A stretch of DNA of 64,000 bases from an uncultured Chloroflexia bacterium (GCA_963713975.1 OY970218.1:3040001-3104000); one strand, 5' to 3'. Counted from the stretch's first letter, positions 1 to 10,448 are shown. Notes: a model not told the origin generated them from the letters alone. Translations and numbers: made by a program.

Positions 1-118
1 GCAGCTCCTGGCGGCGGATCGCGGCCCGTCGGCCACATTGACCCTCGACGGCGACGGCATCCCGGATGGCCTCGACGCCGCTGCCGGCTGGCCGCTCGAG
101 GTCACCGGCCCCACCTGA
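1..118 (+). CDS. 3' end of an upstream CDS (partial, unknown product)
   Basis: Frame 2 is open with high-GC3 codons (QLLAADRG...LEVTGPT) up to TGA at 116-118. Confidence 0.4.
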   Translation, partial: QLLAADRGPSATLTLDGDGIPDGLDAAAGWPLEVTGPT

Positions 119-416
119 CGTGCGTGGACGGGATGTGGACAATCCTCCCCGCTGGGGCGCGCCCGTCGCGAATCTCGTGGATAACCCCATTGCGACGGTC
201 GCGCTGCGCACCGTATGGTTCGTCTTGCCCGAAGGGGCGGACGAACCGGCGACGGACCCGCAAGTGCTTGCACAGGCGGGGACGAACGGGACCGCAGGTG
301 CTTGCACCAGCGGAACCGGCGCAGGGGAGAAAGTTCCTTCGGGCGTTTCGCTGTCCCCTGCATGACTGCGCCGGACGGCCCTGTGACCACATCGCCAGGA
401 CGGCTAGCCTCGGCTG

Positions 417-1250
417 GTGGACGCTCACGGAGCTCATGCCCGGCCGCGACTGGCGCCGATCGACACGCTGGCCGCCGGTATCGGGCCGGCACTGCTCCTC
501 GCAGGGGCCCTGGTGCCCGGGCTGCGCCCCGCGATTGCCATCGTCATCGTGTGTGGATGGGGCTTGCTGCTGGCCACACGGCGGCCCTCGGCCGTTGCAT
601 GGGCGGCGGTCCTGCCCCTCGCCGTCGTCCTGACCTGGCCGTGGCTGGTCGGGGCGGACGCGCCGATCGGCGACCCGGCGTGCCGTGACCCGCTCTCGAT
701 CATCGCCGTGCGCCGCTTGGCGGTTGCGGGGGTCGGGCTCGCGATCGTCGGTGCCCTGGCCGTCGTACATCGGTCGAGCATCCGTGAGCTGGGCCTGGTT
801 CGGCCTCGCCGAGCCGAGATGCTCGTCTCGGTCGGCGGGTGCGCAACCCTCGTCGTGGTCGGGCTCGTCATCGGCCCGGCCATCGCCCGTCCGTTCTTCG
901 GCGAGCTGGATTTCCCGGTTCCCGTGGCTGCGCTGCTCCCGGCGGTCCTGTTCGGCATCGCCAACGGCGTCGTCGAGGAGGTGCTCTACCGGGGGGCCAT
1001 GCAGGCCTGGCTGGCCCGACTGGCGCCGGCGAGCCTGGCCATCGCCTACCAGGGCCTCGCATTCGGAGTCGTGCACGCCGGACCAGAGGTGCTCGCCCTG
1101 CTGCCGCTCCACATCGTGCTGCTGACGCTGGTGGGGATCGCCGGTGGCGTCGTCCGGTGGCGACTGGGGTCGCTGTGGATCCCGATCGGCATCCATATCG
1201 GCGCGGACATCGTCCTCTACGTGGGCCTGGCCTGCCGAGCCGCCGTCTGA
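417..1250 (+). CDS. CPBP (Abi/CAAX) family intramembrane glutamic endopeptidase
   Basis: Multiple TM segments; EEVLYRG motif, FGVVH and HIGAD motifs. Confidence 0.85.
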   Translation: MDAHGAHARPRLAPIDTLAAGIGPALLLAGALVPGLRPAIAIVIVCGWGLLLATRRPSAVAWAAVLPLAVVLTWPWLVGADAPIGDPACRDPLSIIAVRRLAVAGVGLAIVGALAVVHRSSIRELGLVRPRRAEMLVSVGGCATLVVVGLVIGPAIARPFFGELDFPVPVAALLPAVLFGIANGVVEEVLYRGAMQAWLARLAPASLAIAYQGLAFGVVHAGPEVLALLPLHIVLLTLVGIAGGVVRWRLGSLWIPIGIHIGADIVLYVGLACRAAV

Positions 1251-1280
1251 CCCGGCGCACCCGACGATGGGCCGCCGGTG

Positions 1281-1325
1281 TTGACACGCGCCCGGCGAAG
1301 GAGTATTACTTCAGCAAGTAATACT
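1281..1325 (+). promoter_or_regulatory. Sigma70-type promoter with autoregulatory operator palindrome of the vapBC operon
   Basis: TTGACA at 1281-1286, 17-bp spacer, TATTAC; perfect inverted repeat AGTATTACTT-cagc-AAGTAATACT at 1302-1325 overlapping the -10. Confidence 0.8.
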
Positions 1326-1333
1326 GAGGAACA

Positions 1334-1576
1334 GTGATGCGAATCACGTCGAAGGGGCAGGTGACCATCCCGCAGGCCATCCGAGAGCGGGCCGGGTTTC
1401 TGCCCAATACGGAGGTGGATTTCGTCTTCGACGGCGACCTGGTCTACCTCGTGAAGTCGGCGGCCGCACGGCGACCCACACGGGGCGAGATGCTGGTTGG
1501 ACACCTGCAACGTCATGGTGGCCGGATCACCATGACCACGGACGAGATCATGGCGCTGACCAGGGGCGAGGAGTGA
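1334..1576 (+). CDS. vapB: AbrB/MazE/SpoVT family antitoxin
   Basis: MRITSKGQVTIPQAIRE AbrB signature; overlaps the PIN toxin start (GTGA). Confidence 0.9.
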   Translation: MMRITSKGQVTIPQAIRERAGFLPNTEVDFVFDGDLVYLVKSAAARRPTRGEMLVGHLQRHGGRITMTTDEIMALTRGEE

Positions 1577-1980
1577 CGCCCATCCTCGTGGACAGCAATG
1601 TGCTGATCGACGTTCTCTCCGAGCCCGGGCCGTGGTCATCGTGGTCCGCCAACGCCCTGCGCCGTGCGGCCGACGAGGCCGCGGTGGTGATCAACGCCAT
1701 CATCTTCGGCGAGGTGTCGATCGGATTCCCGACCGTCGAGACCCTAGACGAGGCGCTCCCTGCCGCATGGCTCCGCAGGGAAGATGTGCCGTACGCCGCC
1801 GCGTTCCTCGCGGGCCGATGTTTCATCGACTACCGGAGATGCGGCGGGTCGCGCCTGTCGCCCTTGCCGGACTTCTACATTGGCGCACACGCCGCGGTCG
1901 CCGGCTACCGGCTGCTCACGCGTGACGCCACCCGGTATCGGACGTACTTCCCCACCCTCGAGCTGATCGCGCCGGAGTAG
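1573..1980 (+). CDS. vapC: PIN-domain toxin
   Basis: ILVDSNVLID ... PDFYIGAHA ... LLTRD PIN motifs. Confidence 0.92.
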   Translation: MTPILVDSNVLIDVLSEPGPWSSWSANALRRAADEAAVVINAIIFGEVSIGFPTVETLDEALPAAWLRREDVPYAAAFLAGRCFIDYRRCGGSRLSPLPDFYIGAHAAVAGYRLLTRDATRYRTYFPTLELIAPE

Positions 1981-1994
1981 GGGAGGACCCGCCG

Positions 1995-2909
1995 GTGCCC
2001 GAGTGGAGAGCCGAGCTCGACCTGGACGAGGGACAGGTGCGCTCGCTGGTCGGGGCACAGTTCCCGGGGCTCAACCTCGCCGGCCTGACCCGATTCGCCG
2101 AGGGCTGGGACAACGCGCTGTGGGTCACGGGAGAGGGCCTCCTGTTCCGGTTCCCGAGACGCGCCATTGCGCGCGCAGGCGTCGAACGGGAGGTCGCCCT
2201 GCTGCCGGCCCTTGCACCACGCCTGCCGCTGCCCACCCCGGTGCCGACGTGGGTCGGGGTGCCATCAGATGCCTTCCGGTGGCCGTTCTTCGGGGCTCGC
2301 CTCGTGCCGGGACGGGAGATCGCCGAGGTCGCGCTGGACGGACGTCGCGATGGTGCGGGAGCGGCTCTCGGCGAGTTCCTGCAAGTCCTGCACGAACCTG
2401 CCCTCGTCCGAGACCTCGGGGCCGGGCTCCCACGAGACCCGATGGGGCGGGCTGACATGGCCGTGCGCGTGCCGCGGACGCGCGACCGGTTGGCTGCCGT
2501 GGAGACTGCCGGCCTGTGGAGCGTCCCTGCAAAGGCTGACGCCGTCCTGCGGGCCGCCGAAGCCTTGCCCGCGACATCCGAGGTCGCCCTGGTCCACGGC
2601 GACCTCCACGTCCGGCACCTGCTCGTCGACGATGCCGGGCGGCCGTCCGGGGTCATCGACTGGGGCGACCTGTGCCTCGCCGATCCCGCTGTAGACCTGT
2701 CGCTCTACTGGAGCCTCCTGGACCCGGCTGCTCGATCGGCATTCGCAGTCGCCTACGGTATTGAGAAGCTCCTGCCTGAGCGACTGCTGCGGGCTCGCGT
2801 GCTCGCCCTGTTCCTCAATGCGGCGCTGCTTGCCTACGCGGCGGACGTCGGCAACATGGCGCTCGCGGGTGAAGCGTCTGCGGGTCTCGACCGCACCATT
2901 CAGGACTGA
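1995..2909 (+). CDS. Aminoglycoside phosphotransferase-like (APH/ChoK) kinase
   Basis: EGWDN, FRFPRR, HGDLHxxH and IDWGD motifs. Confidence 0.88.
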   Translation: MPEWRAELDLDEGQVRSLVGAQFPGLNLAGLTRFAEGWDNALWVTGEGLLFRFPRRAIARAGVEREVALLPALAPRLPLPTPVPTWVGVPSDAFRWPFFGARLVPGREIAEVALDGRRDGAGAALGEFLQVLHEPALVRDLGAGLPRDPMGRADMAVRVPRTRDRLAAVETAGLWSVPAKADAVLRAAEALPATSEVALVHGDLHVRHLLVDDAGRPSGVIDWGDLCLADPAVDLSLYWSLLDPAARSAFAVAYGIEKLLPERLLRARVLALFLNAALLAYAADVGNMALAGEASAGLDRTIQD

Positions 2910-3039
2910 CCCTTGCGGCCAGGCGACTGGACAAGGGCCCGATTCCTCACTTCCGATAAGGTAAGTTATGTCTTCTCTGTGAGCGTGGTGCTCGTGTAGG
3001 CGATCGCTGATTCCCCAACGGGCTATTGCCGGCGACCTG

Positions 3040-4029
3040 ATGAACCACGAGGATCGAACGATGCGACCGCACGTCGAGGATCCGCAACGCACCAGGACCG
3101 CGCCTGGTCGGCGCGCCATCGTGGTCCTGCTCGCGGCCGTGACCATCATTGGTTTCGTCGTATTGGTGCGGGTTCGTGGAGCGGCGGATGACACCACACC
3201 GGGCACTGCGACGATCGAGCTCGAAGTCGACGGGCTCCATCGTTCCTACCTGCTCGACGTTCCTGTCGGCGGTAGACCGGACGCACCCCAGCCGCTCCTG
3301 ATCCTGCTTCACGGCGGGGGTGGTTCGGCGGACAACCTCGACAAGCTGGCCGGCAACCTGCCGGCGATGGCGAACGAGGCCGGCTATGTCGTGACCCGGC
3401 CCGACGGCATCAACCACCAGTGGAACGACGGGCGCGAGGTCGATACTGACGCGGACGATGTCGCGTTCCTGGCGGCGTTGGTTGAGGACGTCGGAGCCCG
3501 TGTCTCGATCGATCGGGCGAGAGTCTATGCCTCGGGGATCAGCAACGGGGCGTTCATGTCGGCGCGGTTGGCCTGCGAGCCGGGGTTCGGGCTGGCGGCG
3601 ATCGCGCAGATCGTGGGCACGATCGGGGTCGCCGCGGACGCCGCCTGCGATCCTGATGGGCCGGTCTCGGTGCTTGCCATCCTGGGAGACGCCGACCCGC
3701 TCGTTCCCTATGGCGGCGGACCGGTCCGCCTGCCGTGGGACCGGTCTGAGGCAGGCCGCGGCATCATCCTAGGCGCCGACGCCTACCTCGACCGATGGAT
3801 CGTGCGCAACGGAGCGAGCCCGGCAGTGCCGGGTCCAGCTATCGCTCCCGACACGACCTCGGTCATCGCCACCGCTCCCGACGGGACAGAGGTCGAGGTC
3901 GTGGCGGTCGACGGAGGGGGGCACGGCTGGCCGGGCGGCCCGCAATACCTGCCGAAGCTGCTGATCGGCCGGGTGACCGACTCGTTCTCGGCCTCGGCGC
4001 TCATCCTGGACTTCTTCGACCGCCACTGA
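3040..4029 (+). CDS. Exported PHB-depolymerase/LpqC-like alpha/beta esterase
   Basis: N-terminal TM/signal; LHGGGG, GISNG nucleophile elbow, GDADP, GGGHGWPG. Confidence 0.85.
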   Translation: MNHEDRTMRPHVEDPQRTRTAPGRRAIVVLLAAVTIIGFVVLVRVRGAADDTTPGTATIELEVDGLHRSYLLDVPVGGRPDAPQPLLILLHGGGGSADNLDKLAGNLPAMANEAGYVVTRPDGINHQWNDGREVDTDADDVAFLAALVEDVGARVSIDRARVYASGISNGAFMSARLACEPGFGLAAIAQIVGTIGVAADAACDPDGPVSVLAILGDADPLVPYGGGPVRLPWDRSEAGRGIILGADAYLDRWIVRNGASPAVPGPAIAPDTTSVIATAPDGTEVEVVAVDGGGHGWPGGPQYLPKLLIGRVTDSFSASALILDFFDRH

Positions 4030-4179
4030 GCGATCAGGCGCCTGCCCGACCTTGCGTCGCAACCCGATTGTGGGTGCGGCCTCGAGGTACTCCCCTACTC
4101 CCTGGACGAAGACACCGGGGCAGGAGTCGACGCGGTGGAGTTCCGGCCGTTCGTTACGCTTCTGGTGGGCAAGCAGTCG

Positions 4180-4902
4180 TCAGATGGTCGGTGGAACGGT
4201 CCTGCCCGGGAACAGCAGCCTGAACTGCTTCGCGTACTGGCGCTTGCCGACGAGGCGCCAGAGCACCTTCACCGAGAGGGGCATCCCCGCGTAGAACCGC
4301 TTGCGGTCCGCCGGCGTGGAGTTCGCAAGCAGCATCCCGAGCTGCGGCAGGAGTCGACTCTTCGGGATCACCCCGACACTGTGGTCGGCCATCGCCGTCC
4401 ACTCTTCCGTGGTGACGACCCGCTCCGCGACCGGGACGACCTCCACCACCTCACGGCGCAGGTGCAGCTTGAGCACCTCGAGCATCCGCTCGTACGCATC
4501 GGCCAGCTGCTCGCCGACCGCCGCGTCGGCCGTCGCGCGCCATCGGGCGAGGATCGGACTCGCCTCCTCGAGCAATGCCGCGACCTGCGAGTGTTGCGCG
4601 CGCATCTGGCCGACGTGCAGCGCGCAGGCGGGAGCGCGCTGCTCGAGCTTGTCCCACAGGAGCTCGTCCTCGCTCTCGTGGTGCGTGTGCAGCGTCGCGT
4701 CGAGATCGGCGAGCCATTGGCCAAGGAACTCGCTGCGGGCCACGTCACCGGCGGGGGCGCCGTGCACCATGCCGGGCGCCTCCTCGTATCCCCACAGGAA
4801 CGCGTTGTGCAGGATGCGCATGTCGTCGCCGCTGCACAGCTTCGGCCCGTCAGGAACGGGCGGAGCGGTCTCGCCGGGCAGAGAGACGTACTCCATGGTC
4901 AT
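4180..4902 (-). CDS. Hemerythrin-domain protein
   Basis: H...HHESED...QH...HLRRE HHE cation-binding pattern. Confidence 0.8.
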   Translation of the reverse strand: MTMEYVSLPGETAPPVPDGPKLCSGDDMRILHNAFLWGYEEAPGMVHGAPAGDVARSEFLGQWLADLDATLHTHHESEDELLWDKLEQRAPACALHVGQMRAQHSQVAALLEEASPILARWRATADAAVGEQLADAYERMLEVLKLHLRREVVEVVPVAERVVTTEEWTAMADHSVGVIPKSRLLPQLGMLLANSTPADRKRFYAGMPLSVKVLWRLVGKRQYAKQFRLLFPGRTVPPTI

Positions 4903-4982
4903 GAGCGGACCTCCAGGAGGACGGATGACTGGGGCACAAGTCTAACCAGCGGCGTAGCACGCTGGCCGCACGATCGCCGCTG

Positions 4983-7148
4983 TCAGGACCCCTTGGTCCC
5001 CACGACCGTGACGCCGTCGACCGCCGGGTAATCCGAGAAGTACCGCTTCCGCCAGTGGAGCTTGCCGTGGTCGTAGATCGACACGGTGACCCACACCTTG
5101 GCGCCGTCCGCCGGGGCGTTGTTGTAGTAGCGGTACCCAACGGGCTTGGTCGGGTCCTTCACGACCACGTTGCTGGCGCGCGGGCCATGCTTGATGACCG
5201 TGTTGGTGACCTTGGCGGTCCGCCCGTTCGGCACGCTCCAGATCTTGAACGTGAGCCACCGCTTGCCGCCGGAATTGGTGACGGTCCGCGTGATCAGGAT
5301 CGGGAACTTGGTGTCGTTCCTGAAGCTCATCGTCTGCTTGGCCTTGCCGACGATCCACACGGTGGCGTCGAGGCCTGCCGGATACCGCGTGATGTACTCG
5401 TTGTGGTTCTTCTTGGCGAGCGGCACCATGCCTGCCCGGAAGGCCGCATTGAACAGCGTCGTGGACGTGGTGCAGATGCCGCCGGCGAGGGCTCCGGTGA
5501 CCGTGATCTTTCCGTTCACGATCGCGTTGCCGGGCCCCACGCCCGGGAGCTTGCTGACGTCGCCGACGACCTTCCAGAAGTCGAACTTGGTGCCCGCCGG
5601 CACGACAGTGCCGTTGATCTTCGTGGCCGGTGCCTCGATGTTCCCGCCCCAGTGGTTGTTGATGATGACCCAGTAGAAGACGCTGTACGAGCTGATCATC
5701 TTCATCTTGGGGGCGAAGGCCTTGGCGTCGGCCGCGGTCAGCTTCGGGTCGACGGCCTGGACGACGGCCTCGACGGGCTGGGGGGCAACGCCGGACTGGC
5801 GTGCCTGCACCTGCGCCAGGATCGCGGTCTTCGTCTCGGGGACCTTGAGCGTGCGGCCCTCGCGGCTCGTGCCGGTGGCGACCACGTGGCCGCCGACCAG
5901 CTTGAGGCCTGCGTTCCGCACGGTCTGCTTGACCTTCGGGGCCAGCGTGGTGAGGATGGGGTCGAGGCCCAACTCGTCAAGGACCGGGGTGATGCTCCCG
6001 TCGGCCGCGGTCGAGAACGAGATCAGCGGCGCCAGGTCCGTGCCGGCGATCGTCCAGGTGTCCTCGCCCCGGGCGACGACCACGTCGGCAGCCATTCGAT
6101 CCGCGGCCGCCTTCGCCGCCTCGGCCGAGGCGGTGGCGACGGCGGGCGCCAACGCCACGATCGGCACCTCCATCGTGATCGACTCCGGCGTGCCGAGGGC
6201 CGCGAGCCGCTGGTCGAGAGCCGCCACCAGGGCCGCCCCGTCCACGGCGCGACCGTCCTTCGCCGGGGAGACGAGGAACGCCCCGCGTTGGCCGGGAGAC
6301 ACGAATGCGTCCGCAGGGGCCTGGTCGATCGTCGACGCCAGGGCCTTGACGGCGGCCGCCAGCTTGTCGCGGTCGTAGGCAACGGCCGAGTCGAGGGTCA
6401 CGCCGTGGATCGCGGCCTGGGGAGCGCCGACGAGGTTCGCCAGAGGCTCGCCGTGGCGGCCTGCCGCGAGTGCTGCGTCGAGCAGCGCCGCGGTATCGGG
6501 GCCGCGGCCGACGTCGGCGTAGCTGATGGTCGTCACCTGGTCGTCCGGGCCGCTGAGCGTGATCTGACCGGTGGCGAGCGACCCATAGGCCTTCGCGATC
6601 TCGGCCTCCGCCTGCTCGCGGGTGAGCCCGCCGAGATGAGTGCTGCCGACGCGGACGCCGGGCAGGACCCGGCCATCGTACTGCTGGCCCCATGCGTACA
6701 GGACGCCGGCGCCGACGCCGACCGCGAGGAGGATGCCCAGGACAAACGAGACGCCGAAGCGGAGCGCGAGCGACCGTCTGCGCCGAGGCCGTGCCGAAGG
6801 TTCGGCGTCGATCACGGCGGCCGCGACGGGAAGGACCGGCACGGGTTCGATGGCGGACTCGGCGGTCGGCGACGTGTCAACCGGGGCGGTGTCCGCCGGG
6901 ACGGTGTCGGTCGGCTCACCCGGCTCAGGCGCATCGGCCGGGGCGGCGTCGGTCGGGACGGCGTCGTCGGTCGGGACGGCGCCTGCGGCCGGCGAACCGG
7001 CGGCGTCGGCGCTCGCAGCCACCAGGACCGGCTCTTCAAGGCCGTGCGCGGTCGAGTCCGCCGCGAGCTCGGGGTCACCGATCGGCGTCTCGCCTTCGGG
7101 CGTGGCGTTGGCAGCCTCGTCGGCTGCGGAGTTGGGCAAGTCGGTCAT
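4983..7148 (-). CDS. VanW family protein with PG-binding_4 region
   Basis: Acidic N-tail, TM helix, YDGRVLPGV, GGICTTSTTLFNAA, RYPAGLDATV, FRNDT. Confidence 0.88.
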   Translation of the reverse strand: MTDLPNSAADEAANATPEGETPIGDPELAADSTAHGLEEPVLVAASADAAGSPAAGAVPTDDAVPTDAAPADAPEPGEPTDTVPADTAPVDTSPTAESAIEPVPVLPVAAAVIDAEPSARPRRRRSLALRFGVSFVLGILLAVGVGAGVLYAWGQQYDGRVLPGVRVGSTHLGGLTREQAEAEIAKAYGSLATGQITLSGPDDQVTTISYADVGRGPDTAALLDAALAAGRHGEPLANLVGAPQAAIHGVTLDSAVAYDRDKLAAAVKALASTIDQAPADAFVSPGQRGAFLVSPAKDGRAVDGAALVAALDQRLAALGTPESITMEVPIVALAPAVATASAEAAKAAADRMAADVVVARGEDTWTIAGTDLAPLISFSTAADGSITPVLDELGLDPILTTLAPKVKQTVRNAGLKLVGGHVVATGTSREGRTLKVPETKTAILAQVQARQSGVAPQPVEAVVQAVDPKLTAADAKAFAPKMKMISSYSVFYWVIINNHWGGNIEAPATKINGTVVPAGTKFDFWKVVGDVSKLPGVGPGNAIVNGKITVTGALAGGICTTSTTLFNAAFRAGMVPLAKKNHNEYITRYPAGLDATVWIVGKAKQTMSFRNDTKFPILITRTVTNSGGKRWLTFKIWSVPNGRTAKVTNTVIKHGPRASNVVVKDPTKPVGYRYYNNAPADGAKVWVTVSIYDHGKLHWRKRYFSDYPAVDGVTVVGTKGS

Positions 7149-7309
7149 CAGATGCTCATGCGCGGTCGGAGGTCGCCGGGCTCGTTCCTGGCGGTCGCGA
7201 CATTCTCGCCTGTGCGCGCAAGTCTGTCATGCGACGGCCGGGTCGGCCCGCCGGGACGGGGACGCGAGGCCCCCTCTGACGTTCGCGGTGGCCTCTCGCC
7301 CGCCCTCAG

Positions 7310-8290
7310 CTAGGCCACGACGACAACGATGTTCCCCACCTTCTGGCCCGTCTCGGCATACCTGTGAGCCTCGACCATCTGCTCGAGCGAAAAGCGCTGG
7401 TCGATGACAGGGTGCAGTTGCCCGGCTTCGACGAGTCCCCGCAGGTAGGCCAGGTCCTCGCTCGTTCCGCTTGATCCCGCGAACGACACCCGCTTCCTGC
7501 TCCCCCTCGCCGCCCACTTGGCGCGAACGATCTGCAGGAACCCCGGGTTGGCCATGAGCAGGCATCCGTTGTCAGCCAGCGACCTCACCATGCGAGCTGA
7601 CGGCGTGTTGCGGACGACGTCGAAGATGACGTCGTAGGTCTCGGTGCCCTCGGTGAAGTCCTCCTGCCTGTGGTCGATGACGCGATCTGCGCCGATCGAG
7701 CGCAGCGTCTCCAGCTTCGCTGCGCTGTCGACCGCGGTCACGTGTGCCCCAAGGACCTTGGCGAGCTGGACCGCGAACGTGCCGAAGCTCCCGCCTGCGC
7801 CATTGACCAGGACCCTCTGTCCGGTCCGGACGCCGCCCTTGCGCAGGAACTGCAGTGCCTCGCCGCCACCGTAGGGGATGGCCGCGGCATCCTCGTAGCC
7901 CAGGTTCGCCGGCATCGTCGCGATCGCTCCCGTCTCGGGCTTCTCGCGCAGGCAGATGTACTCGGCGTAGGCACCCAGACCAATGCCCGTCGCCGCGAAC
8001 ACCCTGTCGCCCGTCGCGAACGACCTGACGTCCTTGCCAGCCGATTCCACGTCACCGGCAAGCTCCTGCCCCAGCACGGGCTGCCTTGGTCGGCGGATGC
8101 CGAAGGCCAGCCGGATGGGCACCCAGATCCAAGGCGCGAAGTCGAACCTCCGAAGCTCGCAGTCGGCGGCGCTGACCGTCGTGGCGCGGATTCGGACGAG
8201 CACCTCGTTGTCCTTTGGAACGGGCTTCCGCAGATCCCTGGGCTTGAGGACGTCCGGCGGTCCGTAGTCCGTGCACACGATGGCTCTCAT
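7310..8290 (-). CDS. NAD(P)-dependent MDR-family alcohol dehydrogenase/quinone oxidoreductase
   Basis: MRAIVCTDYGPPDVL start at 8290; NGAGGSFGTFAVQLAK; GNIVV end. Confidence 0.88.
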   Translation of the reverse strand: MRAIVCTDYGPPDVLKPRDLRKPVPKDNEVLVRIRATTVSAADCELRRFDFAPWIWVPIRLAFGIRRPRQPVLGQELAGDVESAGKDVRSFATGDRVFAATGIGLGAYAEYICLREKPETGAIATMPANLGYEDAAAIPYGGGEALQFLRKGGVRTGQRVLVNGAGGSFGTFAVQLAKVLGAHVTAVDSAAKLETLRSIGADRVIDHRQEDFTEGTETYDVIFDVVRNTPSARMVRSLADNGCLLMANPGFLQIVRAKWAARGSRKRVSFAGSSGTSEDLAYLRGLVEAGQLHPVIDQRFSLEQMVEAHRYAETGQKVGNIVVVVA

Positions 8291-8389
8291 GGGCTCCGTT
8301 TCCTGCGTTCGCGCGTGTCCGGCACCAACCGCATGTCGACTCTGCCTGCCTGCCTGATGTTGGCACAGCTTCGATGCGACCATGGAATC

Positions 8390-9292
8390 GTGCGCCGTCT
8401 CCTGGTCGTCGACTTCGCCAACATCGCCCACCGTGCCTACTTCGCGGGACGAGGCCGTCCTGCGTTCACGGCCGACGGACGGCCGGTATTCCTGGTCCGC
8501 ACGTTCCTGCGCCTGCTGCTCGCGCGTATCCACGAGGAGCAGGCCACCCACGTCGCGCTCGCGTTCGAGAGCACGACCGGCTCGCGCCGACGTGAGAGCG
8601 ACCCCGCCTACAAGCCGCGGAAGGCCGACGTGCCGGACGACCTTCTGCCACAGCTGCGCGACGCCAACATCGCGTGCGGCAGGATGGCCTGGGCACGCTA
8701 CCGGGCCGAGGGCTGGGAGGCGGACGATGCGATGGCCGGCATCGCCGATGCCGCCGTGGCAGCAGGGTTCGACGAGGTGCTGCTCCTTACCGCAGACCAT
8801 GACCTGCTCGGCGTCGTCAGCGACCGCGTGGCGGTCCTCATGCCCCGCTCCGGTGGAGGCATCGACCGGTACGGACCCACCGATGTCAAGGAGCGCAGTC
8901 CGTATCGCGTGCCGCCGGGGCAGGTGGCGGACGTGAAGGCGCTGATCGGCGACGCGACCGACGGCTACGTTGGCGTACGGGGCATCGGCCCATCGGTGGG
9001 CCCCGACCTGGTGCGGCGGTTCGGGTCTCTGGCCGCCGTCTACGACCATATCGACGAGATCGAGGCCGCGGGCGTGCGCAACCGCCTGCTCGCCGGGCGA
9101 GAGGACGCCTTCCACTGTCTCGACCTCGCCACCCTGCGCCGCGACGCTCCCCTCGCACCGGCCTTCGATCCGGATGCCGGGTGGGTGGGTGCGCACGATC
9201 CAGAGCGGGTGGCGTCGTGGCTCACGGCGATGGGGCTCGCGGAGCTGATCCGGCTCGTGGATCCGGGGGTTGCGGTTCCGGCGCGGTCCTAA
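8390..9292 (+). CDS. Stand-alone 5'-3' exonuclease (Pol I N-terminal/FEN-like)
   Basis: LLVVD, YKxRK, EADD, DHD, GDxTDGYVGVRGIG helix-3-turn-helix; no polymerase domain follows. Confidence 0.88.
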   Translation: MRRLLVVDFANIAHRAYFAGRGRPAFTADGRPVFLVRTFLRLLLARIHEEQATHVALAFESTTGSRRRESDPAYKPRKADVPDDLLPQLRDANIACGRMAWARYRAEGWEADDAMAGIADAAVAAGFDEVLLLTADHDLLGVVSDRVAVLMPRSGGGIDRYGPTDVKERSPYRVPPGQVADVKALIGDATDGYVGVRGIGPSVGPDLVRRFGSLAAVYDHIDEIEAAGVRNRLLAGREDAFHCLDLATLRRDAPLAPAFDPDAGWVGAHDPERVASWLTAMGLAELIRLVDPGVAVPARS

Positions 9293-9744
9293 CGGATGGA
9301 CAGGATGCGGCGCATGCTGGCCACGGACTGGTCGAAGACGCGCGTCACCGCATCCACGTCGGCGTCATCCCGCGTGTGCAGGCTGACGGTCACCCGGGAC
9401 GAACTCGTCGTGCTGGGCGCGATGACGATCGACCCGCCGTAGTCACTGCCGGGCCGTCCCCAGGTGATCGTGTGGGTGCCTCGGTCCGCGACGAACCCGG
9501 CATCGGGGGCGCCATCGCGATCCGCGATCTCGTCGTCGACGTCGAGCTCGCCCTCGACGGCCGTCGAGTCCTCGAGCCTCACGGTCGAGACGTAGTCGGG
9601 CAGCCGGGTGGGATCCGACAGGATGTCAAAGGCGGCGTCGGCGCCGGTCAGCACGGTGAAGGTCCGTTCCAGATCCGCCAGGGCCTGATCCTCCGCTTGG
9701 TCCGGATTCCGCGGGCGCTGCCGCGTCGGGCACCATCCTGCCAT
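9289..9744 (-). CDS. SRPBCC-like hypothetical protein (start uncertain)
   Basis: AFDILSDPTRLPDY and ITWG resemble the SRPBCC fold. Confidence 0.55.
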   Translation of the reverse strand: MAGWCPTRQRPRNPDQAEDQALADLERTFTVLTGADAAFDILSDPTRLPDYVSTVRLEDSTAVEGELDVDDEIADRDGAPDAGFVADRGTHTITWGRPGSDYGGSIVIAPSTTSSSRVTVSLHTRDDADVDAVTRVFDQSVASMRRILSIR

Positions 9745-9783
9745 GCCCGATGGATGGCCGGGCGCGCCATCGCTCCGGCCGGC

Positions 9784-10338
9784 TCAACTGCGGAAGGTCA
9801 CGTCCTTCGTGTCCACGACCACAGCGGTGCGGCCGGGGGCATCCTGGTCCTGCCAGTACATGTTCGTGTGCGCGATGACCTTGTCCGGCGGCGGGGCGCC
9901 CCACGGGCTTAGGTCCTCCGTTGTGTGCGCGTCACCGACGAGTGTCACGTCGTAGCCCCGCGTGAAGGCGCCGTGGATGGTCGAGCGGATGCAGGCATCT
10001 GTCTGGGCGCCCGCCACGACCAGGTGACCGATCCCGGCGCGAGCCAGCACCGCCTCCAGGTCGGTGTCCTCGAACGAGTCGCCAAAGGTCTTGGCCACCA
10101 GTGGCTCCGACTCGAGGCGTGGCAGCTCCGGGACGTACTCCCAGGCAGCGCTCCCCTGCTCCAGTTGCGCGTCGGAGTGCTGGACCCACACGACGGGCGC
10201 GCCCGCCTCACGGGCCGCGCCTACCAGCGTGCCGATGTTGGCGACGATGGCGTCGCGCTCGTACGCCTCGGCGACGACGCCGTTCTGGACGTCGATCACG
10301 ACAAGGCCGGTGTTGGGCCGATCCGGGAGCGTGGTCAT
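9784..10338 (-). CDS. Isochorismatase/cysteine hydrolase
   Basis: VIDVQNG, K..DSF, GAQTDAC, DAHTT; RBS GGAG upstream. Confidence 0.9.
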   Translation of the reverse strand: MTTLPDRPNTGLVVIDVQNGVVAEAYERDAIVANIGTLVGAAREAGAPVVWVQHSDAQLEQGSAAWEYVPELPRLESEPLVAKTFGDSFEDTDLEAVLARAGIGHLVVAGAQTDACIRSTIHGAFTRGYDVTLVGDAHTTEDLSPWGAPPPDKVIAHTNMYWQDQDAPGRTAVVVDTKDVTFRS

Positions 10339-10448
10339 GACGATCTCCTCCGGGTCTGAACTGGCTCCTGCGAGCGTCGCCATGCTAAGCGAAGCCACCG
10401 GCCGCGTGGTAGGCGGCGTGGACAGGTGCTGCGGGTATCCTCGGCGGC

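Noticed and set aside
134-184. DnaA-box-like words (GTGGACAA, GTGGATAA) suggesting oriC
   Set aside because: Only two imperfect boxes, no AT-rich unwinding element and no dnaA/dnaN context.
4983-7148. Vancomycin resistance (VanW), and aminoglycoside resistance for the APH-like gene at 1995-2909
   Set aside because: Both families are widespread without a resistance function, and no van cluster is present.
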